A DNA stretch of 64,000 nt from Okamejei kenojei (taxonomy: Eukaryota): assembly GCA_035221665.1 (NCBI GenBank), contig CM069147.1:43772001-43836000 (forward strand), given 5' to 3'. The position numbers were made by a program, and so were the translations under genes. Shown here piece by piece: positions 11,659-24,113 of the stretch (its first letter is position 1; each line of letters begins with the position of its first letter). The notes beneath the pieces are model-generated. The model was not told where the DNA came from, did no database searches, and worked only from the letters and a program-made list of their open reading frames with translations.

Positions 11659-12342
11659 AAGGCAGACCCGAGCCACGGTGCCTGTGGCAGTTCAGGCATT
11701 GATTCCACAGGTGGTTCCACCATCGGAAGTCCAGTACCGGTTGCAACAAAAGCGTGACATTCAAAAACAATGGTATGACAAGACAAGTAGGCCGCTGCCA
11801 CTGTTAACCAAGGGGCAGGTGGTTCGTTTGCAAACTGACAAAGGCCATGACCATATCGGTATAAGTTCTGGAACTGCTTCTGAGCAACGGTCATATCTGG
11901 TCAGTGCCGATGGCGGCACCTACAGGTGTAGCAGACAACACATCCTGCCTGTGAATGAGCCAGCTCCACCTCCGTATTATCCAGACCGTGCAAGCGTACT
12001 GCTGTCCGTGCCCAGCGGCATTGAACCACCTACACCAGCGCAACAACCCACTTCATGAACGGCTGCTTTGCCAGTGGCGACGCCCACTCCACCTGCGCTG
12101 TGGTCCCCTGTTTCATCACCGGGAATGCTGGTTCAATCTCTGTCACCCGCGAAGCCACCGGCTCTGTCTCCGGTGGGGAAAAACGGAGATGGTCTTTATC
12201 GCACACATGCTTGTCGTGTTTGCAAGCCCACTGTGAAGTACCTGGGCTTTGTTTGACTTTCCTCCAGCTTATTATCAATTGCTATGCATGCCTTATTTAG
12301 TCAATGGTTTTGTACTGACATTTAATTCTTTAAGAGGGAGGA

Positions 12343-12560
12343 TGTAGATCAGTGTCACTCATGTTATGAGTCATACTTTGTAGCTATGCCCACTAGTTTA
12401 ACAGAAAGCTTCTCAGCCCTTTCTCCCTCAGTCTTGTGTTACGTATTAATATGAAGATAAGCTGTGATGCTAATAACGTATTAGGCTGTAACGCTAATAA
12501 AGTCTTTGGATCTTATTCACTATGTGTGACCTGAGTTATTCCAACAGCAGAAGCTCGACA
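12343..12560 (+). repeat. 3' LTR of the Gypsy element
   Basis: TG...CA termini directly after the PPT, contains AATAAA, and is colinear with the solo LTR at 35399-35591. Confidence 0.9.
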
Positions 12561-13715
12561 ACTATTGACTGATGTCTATTACAAACCAACTGACTCCCAC
12601 AACTATCTCAACTACACTTCTTCCCAACCTGCTTTTTGCAAAGACTCTATCCCCTACTCTCCTTCCCATTACTCCACAGACCTTTTAGTCCTAGGTCTCC
12701 TCCATTGTCAGAGTGAGGTTAAACGCAAATTGGAGGAACAGCATCTATATTTCGCTTGGGCAGCTTACAGCCCAGTGGTATGAATATTGATTTCTCTCAC
12801 TTCAGGTAGCCCTGGCATTCCCTCTCTCTCTCCCTCCCCCACCCAAGTTGCACAAGCATCTTATTTTCACCCCACAAACAGCTAACAATGGCTTGTTTCC
12901 TTTATCATCATTACTTTTTTGCATATCATTCATTATTCTTTATCTCTCCACCTTACCGTCTATATCTCATGTTTCTCTTTTCCCTAACTATTGACTGATG
13001 TCTATTACATAGAAACATAGAAACATAGAAAATAGGTGCAGGAGTAGGCCATTTGGCCCTTCGAGCCTGCACCGCCATTCAATATGATCATGGCTGATCA
13101 TCCAACTCAGTATCCTGTACCTGCCTTCTCTCCATACCCCCTGATCCCTTTAGCCACAAGGGCCACATCTAACTCCCTCTTAAATATAGCCAATGAACTG
13201 GCCTCAACTACCTTCTGTGGCAGAGAATTCCAGAGACTCACCACTCTCTGTGTGAAAAATGTTTTCCTCATCTCGGTCCTAAAGGAATTCCCCCTTATCC
13301 TTAGACTGTGACCCCTTGTTCTGGACCTCCCCAACATCGGGAACAATCTTCCTGCATCTAGCCTGTCCAACCCCTTAAGAATTTTGTAAGTTTCTATAAG
13401 ATCCCCCCTCAGTCTTCTAAATTCTAGCGAGTACAAGCCAACTGACTCCCACAACTATCTCAACTACACTTTTTCCCACCCTGCTTCATGCAAAGACTCT
13501 ATCCCCTATTCTCCTTCCCATTCCTCCACAGACCTTTCAGTCCTAGGTCTCCTCCATCGTCAGAGTGAGGTTAAACACAAATTGGAGGAACAGCATCTAT
13601 ATTTCGCTTACAGCCCAGTGGTATGAGTATTGATTCTCGACCCGAAACATCACCCATTCCTTCTCTCCAGAGATGCTGCCTGTCCTGCTGAGTTACTCGA
13701 GCATTTTTGTGTCTA
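12561..13715 (+). mobile_element. Penelope 3' part (RT end / GIY-YIG C-terminus, internally deleted), tandemly duplicated and split by a CR1
   Basis: TDVYYKPTDSHNYL and VLGLLHCQSEVKRKLEEQHL occur twice (12561-12985; 12986-13008 plus 13432-13635). The hammerhead-region tail follows at 13636-13715. Confidence 0.85.
13009..13434 (-). mobile_element. Young CR1 3' fragment with (CTATGTTT)n tail
   Basis: ORF 13107-13454 YSLEFRRLRGDLIETYKILKGLD..; nearly identical to the 3' end of the 16363-18131 copy and to 46523-46785. Confidence 0.92.
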
Positions 13716-14497
13716 TGCCACCAGTTTTCATTGGTAGGTCGGCGGTGGAGTGGGTTGGCAGCCTCAAATTTCTGGACATTAATATCTCAGATGACCTCTC
13801 CTGGGCCCAGCACCTGGATGTGATCACGAAGAAGGTGCGCCAGCTCCTCTGCTTTTGCAGGAATTTAAAAAGATTTAGCATGTCACTGGATAAACTCTCC
13901 AACTTCCTCAGATGCACTGGAGAATGTCTTCTGACTGGTTGCATTATAGCCTTGTACAGCAGTTCCAATACATAGGAGCACAAGAGGCTACCAAGACTAG
14001 TGAAGACAGCACGTTCCATCATGGGCATAGTCCTCCCATCTATCGAATGCGTCTATATAAGGTGTTGCCTCAAGAAGATAGCATCAATTTTAACAATCCC
14101 CGCCATCTCGCTGCTACCGTTATGCCCTGTTCTCATTGCTACCTTTGGGCAGGAGGTACAGATACCAGGTTCAGGAATAGCTACTTTCCTGCAAACATTA
14201 GGTTCTTGAACCGACCTACACAACCCTAACTTTATCTCAGCAATGGAACACAATGGACCACCACTTACTTGCACTATGATAGACTTGTTTTTTTTAATTG
14301 TGTTTTATGCTACTGCACTTTTGCTGCATCGTTTTTCCTTTTTACTGACTTAGAGATTGCATGCGTAATTCATGTACAACTGATGTTTTATGTGTGTTAT
14401 CTGAGTACGTACCTGTGATGCTGCTACACGCAAGGTTTTCATTGTACCTGTAGCTCATTGTACATGTGCATATGACAATAAACTCGTCTTGACTTGA
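13716..14497 (+). mobile_element. Rex1/Babar-like non-LTR 3' fragment
   Basis: AVEWVGSLKFLDINISDDLSWAQHLDVITKK..LSNFLRCTGECLLTGCI and RFRNSYFPANIRFLN. The 3' UTR ends TGACAATAAA..(CTTGA)n. Confidence 0.8.
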
Positions 14498-14656
14498 AAT
14501 GAGAGTCAATGAGATAACACGATCATTAACCTTAACTTTCTCTGTAACGTTGCTTTTTTAAAAAATGTACCAAGTTCTTATCATAAAGGAGAAATGTCAT
14601 TTTTATTTCTACAATCCTCAGAATGTTAAATGTTATGTATGAAACAAAAAAACATT

Positions 14657-14970
14657 TCATAAGTTCATAAGTGATAGGAGCAGAATTAGGTCATTCAGCC
14701 CATCAAGTCTACTCTGGCATTCAATCGTGGCTGATCTATCTCTCCTTCCTAACCCCAATCTCCTGCCTTCTCTCCACAACCCCCGACACCCGTTCTAATC
14801 AAGAACCTCCCTTGGCCTTAAAAATATCCATTGACGACCTCCAGAGCCTTCTGTGGCAATGAATTCCACAGATTTACCACCCTCTGACTAAATAAATTCC
14901 TCCTCATCTCCTTCCTAAAGGAACAACTTTTAATTCTGAAGGCAATGACCTCTGATCCTAGACTCCCCTA
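14657..14970 (-). mobile_element. CR1 3' fragment
   Basis: Same family as 3482-3900 (CATAAG tail on the + strand, GGCAATGAATTCCACAGATT). Confidence 0.85.
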
Positions 14971-15134
14971 GACTTCAGTCTGGTAAGAAAGTAAGTTAAG
15001 TTGGCATCAAATCTTGTAGTAGCAGAGAGTTCCAGTCAGTGATGATGATGAGAATAGTCACCTCTCATTGTATTTTTGCAGTGCCAACAGGAATTTACCA
15101 ATTTTGTGGTGGTTTGAAATCATTAGATTCTCCC

Positions 15135-15530
15135 ATATGTATTTGACACTACTGTGAGACTGGACAGTTCAAAAGACATTTGGACAGATACATGGATATG
15201 AAGGGTTAAGAAGGATATGGGCCAAATGCAGGCAAATAGGACTAGCCTGGAATACCAACTTGGTTGGCATGGATAAGTTGGGCCAAGGACCTGTTTCCAT
15301 GACTACCCGATGACTACTCTATAACTGAAGGCTATTTAACCAACACAGGACTCCATTGTGGGGAGTAATTTCCAAAACAAAACATCCTTTCCATATCCAT
15401 TCTATCTATGCCTTTCATTATTCGGTAAAGTTTCAATGAGGTCCCCCCTCAACCTTATAAACTCCTGCGAGTGGAGGCCCAGTGCTGTCAAACGCTCATC
15501 ATATGTTAACCCACTCATTCCTAGAATCAC
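15135..15530. mobile_element. Two CR1 fragments (3' tail on +, ORF2 piece on -)
   Basis: GGATATGGGCCAAATGCAGGC..CCTGTTTCC tail at 15135-15325. TTTCAATGAGGTCCCCCCTC..CTCCTGCGAGT at 15405-15530 matches 3815-3900. Confidence 0.7.
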
Positions 15531-16214
15531 ATCAGGCAGCATCTCTTGATCCCTCAGCTCCTGAGAACCCCCAGAATGAGGCGAAGCAAGTTATGCCCGA
15601 ACCGGAGGGACTGCTCAAGAAGATTAAATCATGGTTTGCAGTATAAGAACCAAGCATTTTCATAAATATTGATCGTATGATGTATTAGAAGTAAAACAAA
15701 TATGGACGGTTTAAGTCAAAGGTATGAAGAATTATACAACAAAATGTGAATTGGGAGGCTATTTTTCGATTTTTGGTTCAATTTATGAACTTGAAAGTGA
15801 CACTACATCAGAAATGCACTTTACTATTTATTTGAAGCAATTTGTAAGCCATTGTTTCAAATACTGTATTGTAATTTAAAATTTAATTCAGTTGACAGGT
15901 GGTTGAAGATTTACATCAAATAATGTGGTTATTGAGAACCTGAATGTTTCGGTTAAACTGATAATAACTGAATTAACACCCTCAAAGGCATAGTTGGAAA
16001 AAATTGTTTTAGAATTTTGTTTCCCCAATAAAATTCCATGCTGGCAATTACTGTCATCCGCACAGAATTTTCATTTTCATTTATCTTGATTTGGGAATGC
16101 CGCGCATGGCTTTCAAATGCTCTCATGGACTCTGGATCAATCTGATTGTTTGCTAGAAATGGGTAAATCTTCATGAAAACACACTATATGTTCATACCCA
16201 TATTTTTAGATGGG

Positions 16215-16362
16215 AGGTAGACAAAAGTGCTGGAGAAACTCAGCGGGGTGGGGCAGCATGCATGGAGCGAAGGGAATAGGCAACGTTTCGGGCCGAAACC
16301 CTTCTTCAGACTGATGCAGGGTGGGGGAAGAAGAAAGGAAGAGGAGGAGCCTGAGGGCTGAG
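16215..16362 (-). mobile_element. Penelope 3' terminus with hammerhead motif (16282-16309); continues at 18132
   Basis: Minus strand reads CTGAAGAAGGGTTTCGGCCCGAAACGTT. It joins seamlessly to 18132 when the CR1 is removed. Confidence 0.8.
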
Positions 16363-18131
16363 AAACATAGAAACATAGAAAATAGGTGCAGGAGTAGGCC
16401 ATTCGGCCCTTCGAGCCTGCACCGCCAATCAATATGATCATGGCTGATCATCCAACTCAGTATCCTGTACCTGCTTTCTCTCCATACCCCCTGATCCCTT
16501 TAGCCACAAGGGCCACATCTAACTCCCTCTTAAGTATAGCCAATGAACTGGCCTCAACTACCTTCTGTGGCAGAGAATTCCACATTCACCAGTCTCTGTG
16601 TGAAAAATGATTTTCTCATCTCGGTCCTAAAAGACTTCCCCCTTATCCTTAAACTGTGACCCCTTGTTCTGGACTTCCCCAACATCAGGAACAATCTTCC
16701 TGCATCTAGCCTGTCCAAACCCTTATGAATTTTGTAAGTCTCTATAAGATCCCCCCTCAATCTTCTAAATTCCAGCGAGTATAAGCCAAGTCTATCCAGT
16801 CTTTCTTCATATGGAAGTCGTGCCATCCCAGGAATCAGTCTGGTGAACCTTCTCTGTACTCCCTCTATGGCAAGAATGTCTTTCATCAGATTTGGAGACC
16901 AAAACTGTACGCAATACTCCAGGTGAGGCCTCACCAAGACCCTGTACAACTGCAGTAGAACCTCCCTGCTCCTATACTCAAATCCTTTTGCTATTAATGC
17001 CAACATACCATTTGCTTTCTTCACTGCTTGCTGCACCTGCATGCCTACTTTCAATGACTGGTGTACCATGACACCCAGGTCTCGTTGCATCTCCCCTTTT
17101 CCTAATCGCCCACCATTCAGATAATATTCTACTTTCCTGTTTTTGCCACCAAAGTGGATAACCTCACATTTATCCACATTATACTGCATCTGCCATGCAT
17201 TTGCCCACTCACCCAACCTATCCAAGTCACCTTGCAGCCTCCTAGCATCCTCCTCACAACTAAGACTGCCCCCCAGCTTCGTGTCATACGCAAACTTGGA
17301 GATGTTGCATTCAATTCCCTCATCCAGATCATTAATATATATTGTAAATAGCTGGGGTCCCAGCACTGAGCCTTGCGGTACCCCACTAGTCACTGCCTGC
17401 CATTATGAAAAGGACCCGATTACTCCTACTCTTTGCTTCCTGTCTGCCAGCTAGTTCTCTATCCACATTAATATTGAACCCCCAATACTGTGTGTTTTAA
17501 GTTTGTATACTAATCTCTTATGTGGGACCTTGTCGAAAGCCTTATGAAAGTCCAGATACAACACATCCACTGGTTCTCCCTTGTCCACTCTACTAGTTAC
17601 ATCCTCGAAAAATTCTAAAAGATTCGTCAGACATGATTTACCTTTTATAAATCCATGCTGACTTTGTCCAATGATTTCACCAATTTCCAAATGTGCTGCT
17701 ATCCCATCTTTAATAACTGACTCTAGCATTTTCCCCACTATCGATGTTAGTTCCCCATTTTCTCTCTCCCTCCATTTTTTAAAAGTGGTGTTACATTATC
17801 TACCCTCCAATCCTCAGGAACTACTCCAGAATCTAAAGAGTTTTGAAAAATTCTACTAAATGCTAAAAAATCACTAATGCATCCACTATTTCTGGGGCTA
17901 CTTCCTTAAGTACTCTGGGATGCAGCCTATCTGGCCTTGCGGATTTATCGGCCTTTAATCCATTCACATCCCGGCTTACATGGATTTCACTCAGTTCCTC
18001 CATCTCATTTGATCCCCGGTCCCCTGCTATCTCCGGCAGATTATTTATGTCTTCCTTAGTGAAGACAGAACTAAAGTAGTTATTCAATTGGTCTGCCATG
18101 TCCTTGTTCCCCGTGATCAATTCACCAGTTT
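16363..18131 (-). mobile_element. CR1 (HER1-like) LINE, 5'-truncated ORF2 RT, inactive
   Basis: YLDFHKAFDKVPH, SGVPQGSVLGPQLFTIYINDL and KFAYDTKL (catalytic FADD mutated). Stop at 17451, internal deletions, (CTATGTTT)n tail. CTGAG is repeated at both junctions (16358-16362, 18132-18136). Confidence 0.95.
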
Positions 18132-18797
18132 CTGAGGGAGAGCTGAGAAGGTGAGGAGACAGCAAGGGCTACCGGAAATTGTAGGTCAATGTTCAAGCCG
18201 CTGGAGTGCAGACTGCCCAAGCGGAATATGAGGTGCTGCTCCTCTGTGGTGCTGCTCCTCGGTGGTGCTCATTCTGGCCATGGAGGAGGCCCACGACAGA
18301 AAGGTCGGATTCGGATTGGGAGGGGGTGTTGAAGTGCGGAGCCACAGGGAGATCAGGTTGGTTGATGCGGACCGAGCGGAGGTGTTTGGCGAAACGATCA
18401 CCGAGCCCGCGCTTGGTCTCACCGATGTAGATCAGCTGACATCTAGAGCAGCGAATGCAATAGATGAGGTTGGAGACGGTACAGGTGAACCTCTGTCGCA
18501 CCTGGAATGACTGCTTGGGTCCTTGAATGGAGTCGAGGGGGGAGGTGAAGTGACACGTGTAGCATCTCCTGCGGTTGCAAGGGAAAGTGCCCGGGGAGGG
18601 GGTGGTGCGGGTAGGAAGGGAAGAATTGACCCAAGAGTCTTTGCGGAAAGCAGACAGAGGGGGAGATGGGAAGATGTCGCAAGTGGTGGGGTCACGTTGG
18701 AGGTGGTGAAATTGACGGAGGACTATTTATTGTATGTCACGGCTAGTAGGGTGGAAGGTGAGGACTAGGGGGATTCTGCCCTTGTTCCAAGTGGGGG
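18132..18797 (-). mobile_element. Penelope-like GIY-YIG endonuclease fragment
   Basis: MRQRFTCTVSNLIYCIRCSRCQLIYIGETKRGLGDRFAKHLRSV is the PLE GIY-YIG signature. Confidence 0.92.
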
Positions 18798-19096
18798 GAC
18801 GGTGGCACAGTTAGTAGAGGTGCAACATATGGGGCCAGCGACCGGTTTGAACCTGACCTCTGGTGTTGTCTGTGTGGAGTTTGCACATTCTCCCTGTGAC
18901 TTCCTGGGATTTTATCTGGGTGCTCCCGTTTCCTCTCACATCCCACAGACGTGCAGGTTTGTAGGTTTATTGGCCTCTGTAAGATTGCCAGGGAGTGGAT
19001 GAGAAAGTGGGATAAAATAGAACTAGTGTGATCAAAGGTCAGTATGGGTACGGTGAGCTGTAGGGCCTGTTTCAATGTTGTATCTCTAAACTAAAC
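18798..19096 (+). mobile_element. HE1-like SINE
   Basis: tRNA-like head, V-domain and GGGCCTGTTTC..CTCTAAACTAAAC tail. Confidence 0.85.
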
Positions 19097-19936
19097 ATTG
19101 TTAAACTCAGCAATGCCATAAAGTCAGAGAGTTATATAGCATAAGAATGGGGCCTTCGGCCACCACATACTTACGAACCATTGTACCCATCTTTACTAAT
19201 CCCATCCGTTCCCAGGAGGTCCGTAGACCTCCATTCCTTGCAAGACTTTTTTTTAATATTGTGATTGTACCTGCTTCTAACAGCAACTTTCAGACATCAA
19301 CCACTTTCTGTGTGAAAATCTATCCCCACAGATCCCTTTTTAATCTTCTGCCTCTCACCTTAAACCTATTGCTCTCTTGTTTTTGACACTCCCACCATGG
19401 GGGAAACAAAATCTACTTTATCTACACTTCCCACAAGAAGTGTAGATACAATACATCTCTTTATATTGCCTCAGTCTCAATGCTGCAGAGAAAATGAAGC
19501 CTTTTCAATCTCCATCTAAATATAGTCCGACAATCAAGGTATCTTCTTGTTGGAGACTGAATGTTGATGCATCTCTTTACCAAACTTCTTTAAGAACCAC
19601 AAAAGGATGATTATGTTGATGATAATAAAATGCTAAAATCATCCCCAAAATTAACCTAAATTATAAACTGAGGAAGTAACTTCGGGATTTGTTTACGTAA
19701 CCTGAGGATCTGTGAGAAAAGTAGTTGTAATAGCTCCATCAAGTTGCAGTATATGAGAACTACAATGCTATTCAGTACTGTTTAGGCTCGGTCTCGACTT
19801 AATATATGCTCCGACAATCAATAAACGCAGAGATAAATAGTTGGAGATTGTTATTTATTTCTCAGCTGTGCTCATTATTTGTGCGTGATCATCTCAATTT
19901 TAAATTGAAATTGATAATGTCTTTATAGGAAAAGTA

Positions 19937-20237
19937 GATTTAGATTTGTTTAGTTTCGAGATACAGCATGGAAGCAGGCCCTTCTGCCCATCGAGTCTGC
20001 GCCGACCAGTAATCCCCGCACATACACCAGGGACAATTTACAATTATATCAAACCGATTAGCCTACAAACCTGTACGTCTTTGGAGTGCAGGAGGAAACC
20101 GGAGATCCCAGAGAAAACCCACGTGGGTCACGGGGAGAAGGTACAAACTCCATACAGACAGTACCCACAGTCGGGATTGAACCCGGGTTTCAGGCGCTGT
20201 GAGGCAGCAACTCTACCGCTGTGCCGCTGTGCAGCCC
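19937..20237 (-). mobile_element. HE1-like SINE
   Basis: Reverse complement of the same head, V-domain and tail structure. Confidence 0.85.
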
Positions 20238-20477
20238 TGATTGTGATGTGATCGGAGAATTCTTTGCAAATCAAACTTGGTGACTTCTCCACACTAAGTG
20301 ACTGAGTTTGTTTTCAATGGTTCTCCACGGTTCCTGTAAATATCACCTGTGTTTTACTGGGGGAGGTGGTAGTGTCTGCGGTGGAAGAAAAGCAAGGTTG
20401 AAGAGAAAGATATACATTTTAGGAGCACTGGTGTTGGAAGTATTGTTATCGGAACTGACATGATGGAGCTTGATAAG

Positions 20478-20786
20478 GGAGGCACAGTAGTGCAGCTGGT
20501 TGAGCTGCTGCCCCACAACACCAGAGACCGGGGTGCGATCCTGGCTTAAGATGATGTCTGTGTGTACTTTGCACATTCCCCTGTGACTGGTTGAGCTTCC
20601 TCTGGGTGCTCCCTTTTCCTTCCATTTCTTAAAGATGTTCGGATCTGTCGGTTAATTGCCCATAATGTGTCGGGAATGGAGCGGGAAGTGGGATAACACA
20701 GAACTAGTGTGAAAGGGTGATTGATGGTCAGTGCAGACTTGACGGGCTGAAGGGCCTATGTCCATACTACACCTTTAAACTAAACT
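20478..20786 (+). mobile_element. HE1-like SINE
   Basis: A-box-like TAGTGCAGCTGG, B-box-like GGTGCGATCC, V-domain and (CTAAA)n tail. Confidence 0.85.
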
Positions 20787-21015
20787 GGCCGAATGAAATA
20801 GAGTTTTAGTTTTAGACACAATGTGGAAACTGGCCTTTGGCCCACAGAGTCCTTGTTAACCAGCAATCACCCATGCACTAGTTTTATCCGACACACTAGG
20901 GACATTTTACAGAAGCCAATTAACTTATAAATCTGCATGTCTTTGTAAGGTGGGAGGAAACCGGAGCACCTGGAGGAAAACGTAACAGGGAGAATGTAAA
21001 AACGACATATAGACA

Positions 21016-22017
21016 ACTCTCTCCCCATTCCCCCACTCGCAAACAGGGCAGAGTCCCCCTGGTCCTCACCTTTCATTCCACCAGCCGGCAAATACAACAG
21101 ATAGTCCTCCGCCAGTTTCGCCACCTCCAACGTGACCCCTCCACCCGCCACATCTTCCCATCTCCCCCCTGTCTGCGTTCCGCAAAGACCGCTCCCTCCG
21201 CAACTCCCTTGTCAATTCTTCCCTTCCCTCCCGCTCTACCCCTTCCCCGGGCACTTTCCCTTGCAACCGCAAGAAATGCAACACTTGTCCCTTCACCTCC
21301 CCCCTCCACTCCTTTCAGGGACCCAAGCAGTCCTTCCAGTTCCGACAGAGGTTCACCTGCACCTCCTCCAACCTCATCTACTGCATCGTTGCTCCAGATG
21401 CCAGATGATCTATATCGGTGAGACCAAGCGGAGGCTTGGCGATCGTTTCGCCGAACACCTCCGCTCGGTCCGCAAAAACCAACCCGACCTCCCGGTGGCT
21501 CAGCACTTCAAACTCCCCCTCCCATTCCGTGTCCGACCTCTCGGTCCTGGGTCTCCTCCACGGCCAGAGTGAGCAACACCGTAAGTTGGAGGAACAGCAC
21601 CTCATATTTCGCTAGGGGAGTCTGCATCCTTTGGGCTTGAACATTGAATTTTTGCAATTCTGTTAGCCCTTGCTGTCTCCTCTCCCTCAGCCCTCGGGCC
21701 CTGGCATTCCCTCTATCTCTATCTCCCTCCCCCACCCTAGTCGCACTAGCTTCTCATTTTCACACCACAAACAGCTTACAATGGCTCGTTCCCTTTATCA
21801 TCGATACTTTTTTGCATATCTTTCATTCATTGTTCTTTATCTCTCCACATCACCGTCTATATCTCTCGTTTCCCTGATCCCTGACCAGTCTGAAGAAGGG
21901 TCTCGACCCGAAACGTCGCCTATCTCCTTCGCCTCTTAGATGCTGCTGCACCCGCTGAGTTTCTCCAGCTTTTTGTGTAACCCTCGATTCTCCAGCATCT
22001 GCAGTTTCTTCGTTAAC
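21016..22017 (+). mobile_element. 5'-truncated Penelope-like element (GIY-YIG plus 3' terminus)
   Basis: RCSRCQMIYIGETKRRLGDRFAEHLRSVRKNQ and DLSVLGLLHGQSEQHRKLEEQHLIFR. 11-bp TSD ACATATAGACA at 21005-21015 and 22018-22028. Confidence 0.93.
21890..21917 (+). ncRNA. Minimal hammerhead ribozyme motif in the Penelope 3' terminus
   Basis: CTGAAGAAGGGTCTCGACCCGAAACGTC, identical to 4097-4124 on the minus strand. Confidence 0.6.
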
Positions 22018-22099
22018 ACATATAGACAGTACCCGTAGTCAGGATCCTACCTGGGTCTCTGGTTGCAAGGCAGCAACTCTACCGCTACACCACTGTGCT

Positions 22100-22390
22100 G
22101 TTCTGACGGGAAGTGGGTTGGAGAAGATGTAGTCAAGACAGCTGTGGGAGTCCTTGGATCTGTTTTGGATATCTTTTGAAATGGAGATGGAAGGGAAAAG
22201 TCAAAGATGGACCCGTGGGTAAATGAGAACTGGGTGGAGATTAGCAGCCAAGCTGGTGGAGTTTTCATATTCTGTAGGAGAGCATGGAGCAACACCCGCA
22301 TAGTGTCCCAGGAACCAGGAAAACTGATGATGGAGGAGGCCTGCACGGGACTGACAAACAGTGTCCACACATCCCACAGAAACAAAAACT
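22100..22390 (-). mobile_element. Old Penelope RT fragment
   Basis: Degenerate antisense similarity to 7300-7520. Confidence 0.5.
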
Positions 22391-23802
22391 GTGGGGTCGC
22401 ATAAGATTCAGAGGCAGTGCTTGGAGTGAAAGCGGAACTGGTTCATTGTGAGACCAGTTTATGACCCGTGAATGAGGGAGAAGGGGGCGTAGAGTTGGAT
22501 TAGTTAGGCCTCGTATGAAGGAAGAATCAGAGGGGTCGATGCTGTGGAAGCATTGGGCTGAGCTCAATTTATCTCCCAGTAAGCAGTATCTGCCATTATT
22601 GTTCAATGATAAAACCCAAACAAAACTTCCTTCAAGGAATTTATGCAGCCATGATGTTTTGCCGTTTGCTGCTTGAAGTATGTTCTTTTGTCTACCACAT
22701 TCCCACACTTCCGCACTCTATTGCATCGGTTTCAACAAAAATGCTAATCTTATCTATGGCAATGGTGAGTCAGAGTGTTCCCAATCTGGGCACTTTCCAT
22801 AAAGACCTAAAATGTGGTCAGCAGGACTGAAATGTTGTGCTGCCACAGAGCCAACATGCTATCTGTATTATGATTTCAGGAAGGTTTGTCTCATGATTGT
22901 CTTGCAAATTAAAAACAAATGTTTTGCGTATGATGGGAGCGTATGTGAACTTAACAGCTACCCAAAGCATTTCTAGATGGGAAGGTTTGCTTAGACTAAC
23001 AACTTGCTATTCATTTGGCCAGTCAAAGTCAGTCAACTGGTTTCTATTCGGTTAAATGTGAAAGATTAGTTGAATATATGAATTAGCTTAGGCATCCCAC
23101 TAAAATTGACTCAAGTATAAACATTACACAAAAAGGAATAACGAGTTCCTTGCTCTGTTCCTGGAATCCCCTGAAACACTTAATGATATCCAAGTTGCAA
23201 CCTCAGTAATGATTAGTGCACTGGAGCAGGACGTTCCCCTTGCGTTCCACATTCATTTATTATTACTTCAGGAAAAGAGTGTGCAGAGGGAAGAATTCCA
23301 GGAATACAACAATTTGTGAAAAGCTCAAAGGGAATATCTCCTTTCATAACTATGATGGGCTTGCTTTAGAACTGCTCATTATTCATTGCTGCTGTCCAAA
23401 CAACAATTGTGCCTTTCTGTAACTGGATTCTCAGCCGTTTGCAGGGAATATTTGATTATGGAAGGACTTGCCCTGATGTGAACAATTTTAATGGCAAGAT
23501 TAAATCACAGAAAAAGACCAGCTAGCTTTGTGCCTGGATGAACTTCACTTACATTTTCTGTCTGTTCGACTGCAGTTGTCATTGATTGAAATGGAAGTAA
23601 ACGTTTTTGTTTCCCATCTTACTTTCTCCTTCAACCCTTGGACAATAACAGCCGAGGGAAATCTCTGATGATGTGGTGGGTGAAGGTTGTTGTTTTGAAC
23701 AAAGACATGGCAGGTGTTGCAGCTACCCAGGGACAAAACAATTTGCAGTGCCATCCAGCGGCAAAGGCATCATGATAAAGGGCTTAAGCAAAGCACAAAG
23801 TG

Positions 23803-24113
23803 TTTAGTTTAGAGTTTAGAGATACAGCGCGGAAACAGACCCTTCGGCCCTCAGAGTCAGTGGCGGCCAGCGATTCCCCCACATTAACACTATCCTACAC
23901 ACACTGGGGACAATTTACACTTATACCAAGCCAATTAACCGACAAATCTCCACGTCTTTGGAGTGCAGGAGGAAACTGAAGGTCTCTGAGAAATCCCACA
24001 CGGTCACGGGGAGAACATACAAACTCCGTACAGCCAGCACCCGTAGTCGGGATCGAACCCAAGTCTCTGGCGCTTAAGGAAGCAACTCCACTGCTGCACC
24101 ACCGTACCATCCC
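23803..24113 (-). mobile_element. HE1-like SINE
   Basis: Full head (GGTTCGATCCC B-box on the minus strand), V-domain and tail. Confidence 0.88.

Larger units (their letters stand above)
7528..12560 (+). mobile_element. Degenerate Gypsy/Ty3 (Mag-like) LTR retrotransposon lacking its 5' LTR
   Basis: Gag with twin Cys knuckle (CFNCGSSH..CPAYGK..C), protease KVDTGARCNVI, RT FGINSATEVFQ..VVDDILV, RNase H DASQHGLGA..ETDHQPL, integrase HAGHPG..CAVC..IDSYS..SDN..GLAERAV. PPT AAGAGGGAGGA at 12332-12342. Many stops and frameshifts. Confidence 0.93.
20803..22098 (-). mobile_element. HE1-like SINE split by the Penelope insertion (20803-21015 and 22018-22098)
   Basis: The SINE sequence continues across the duplicated ACATATAGACA. 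Confidence 0.8.
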
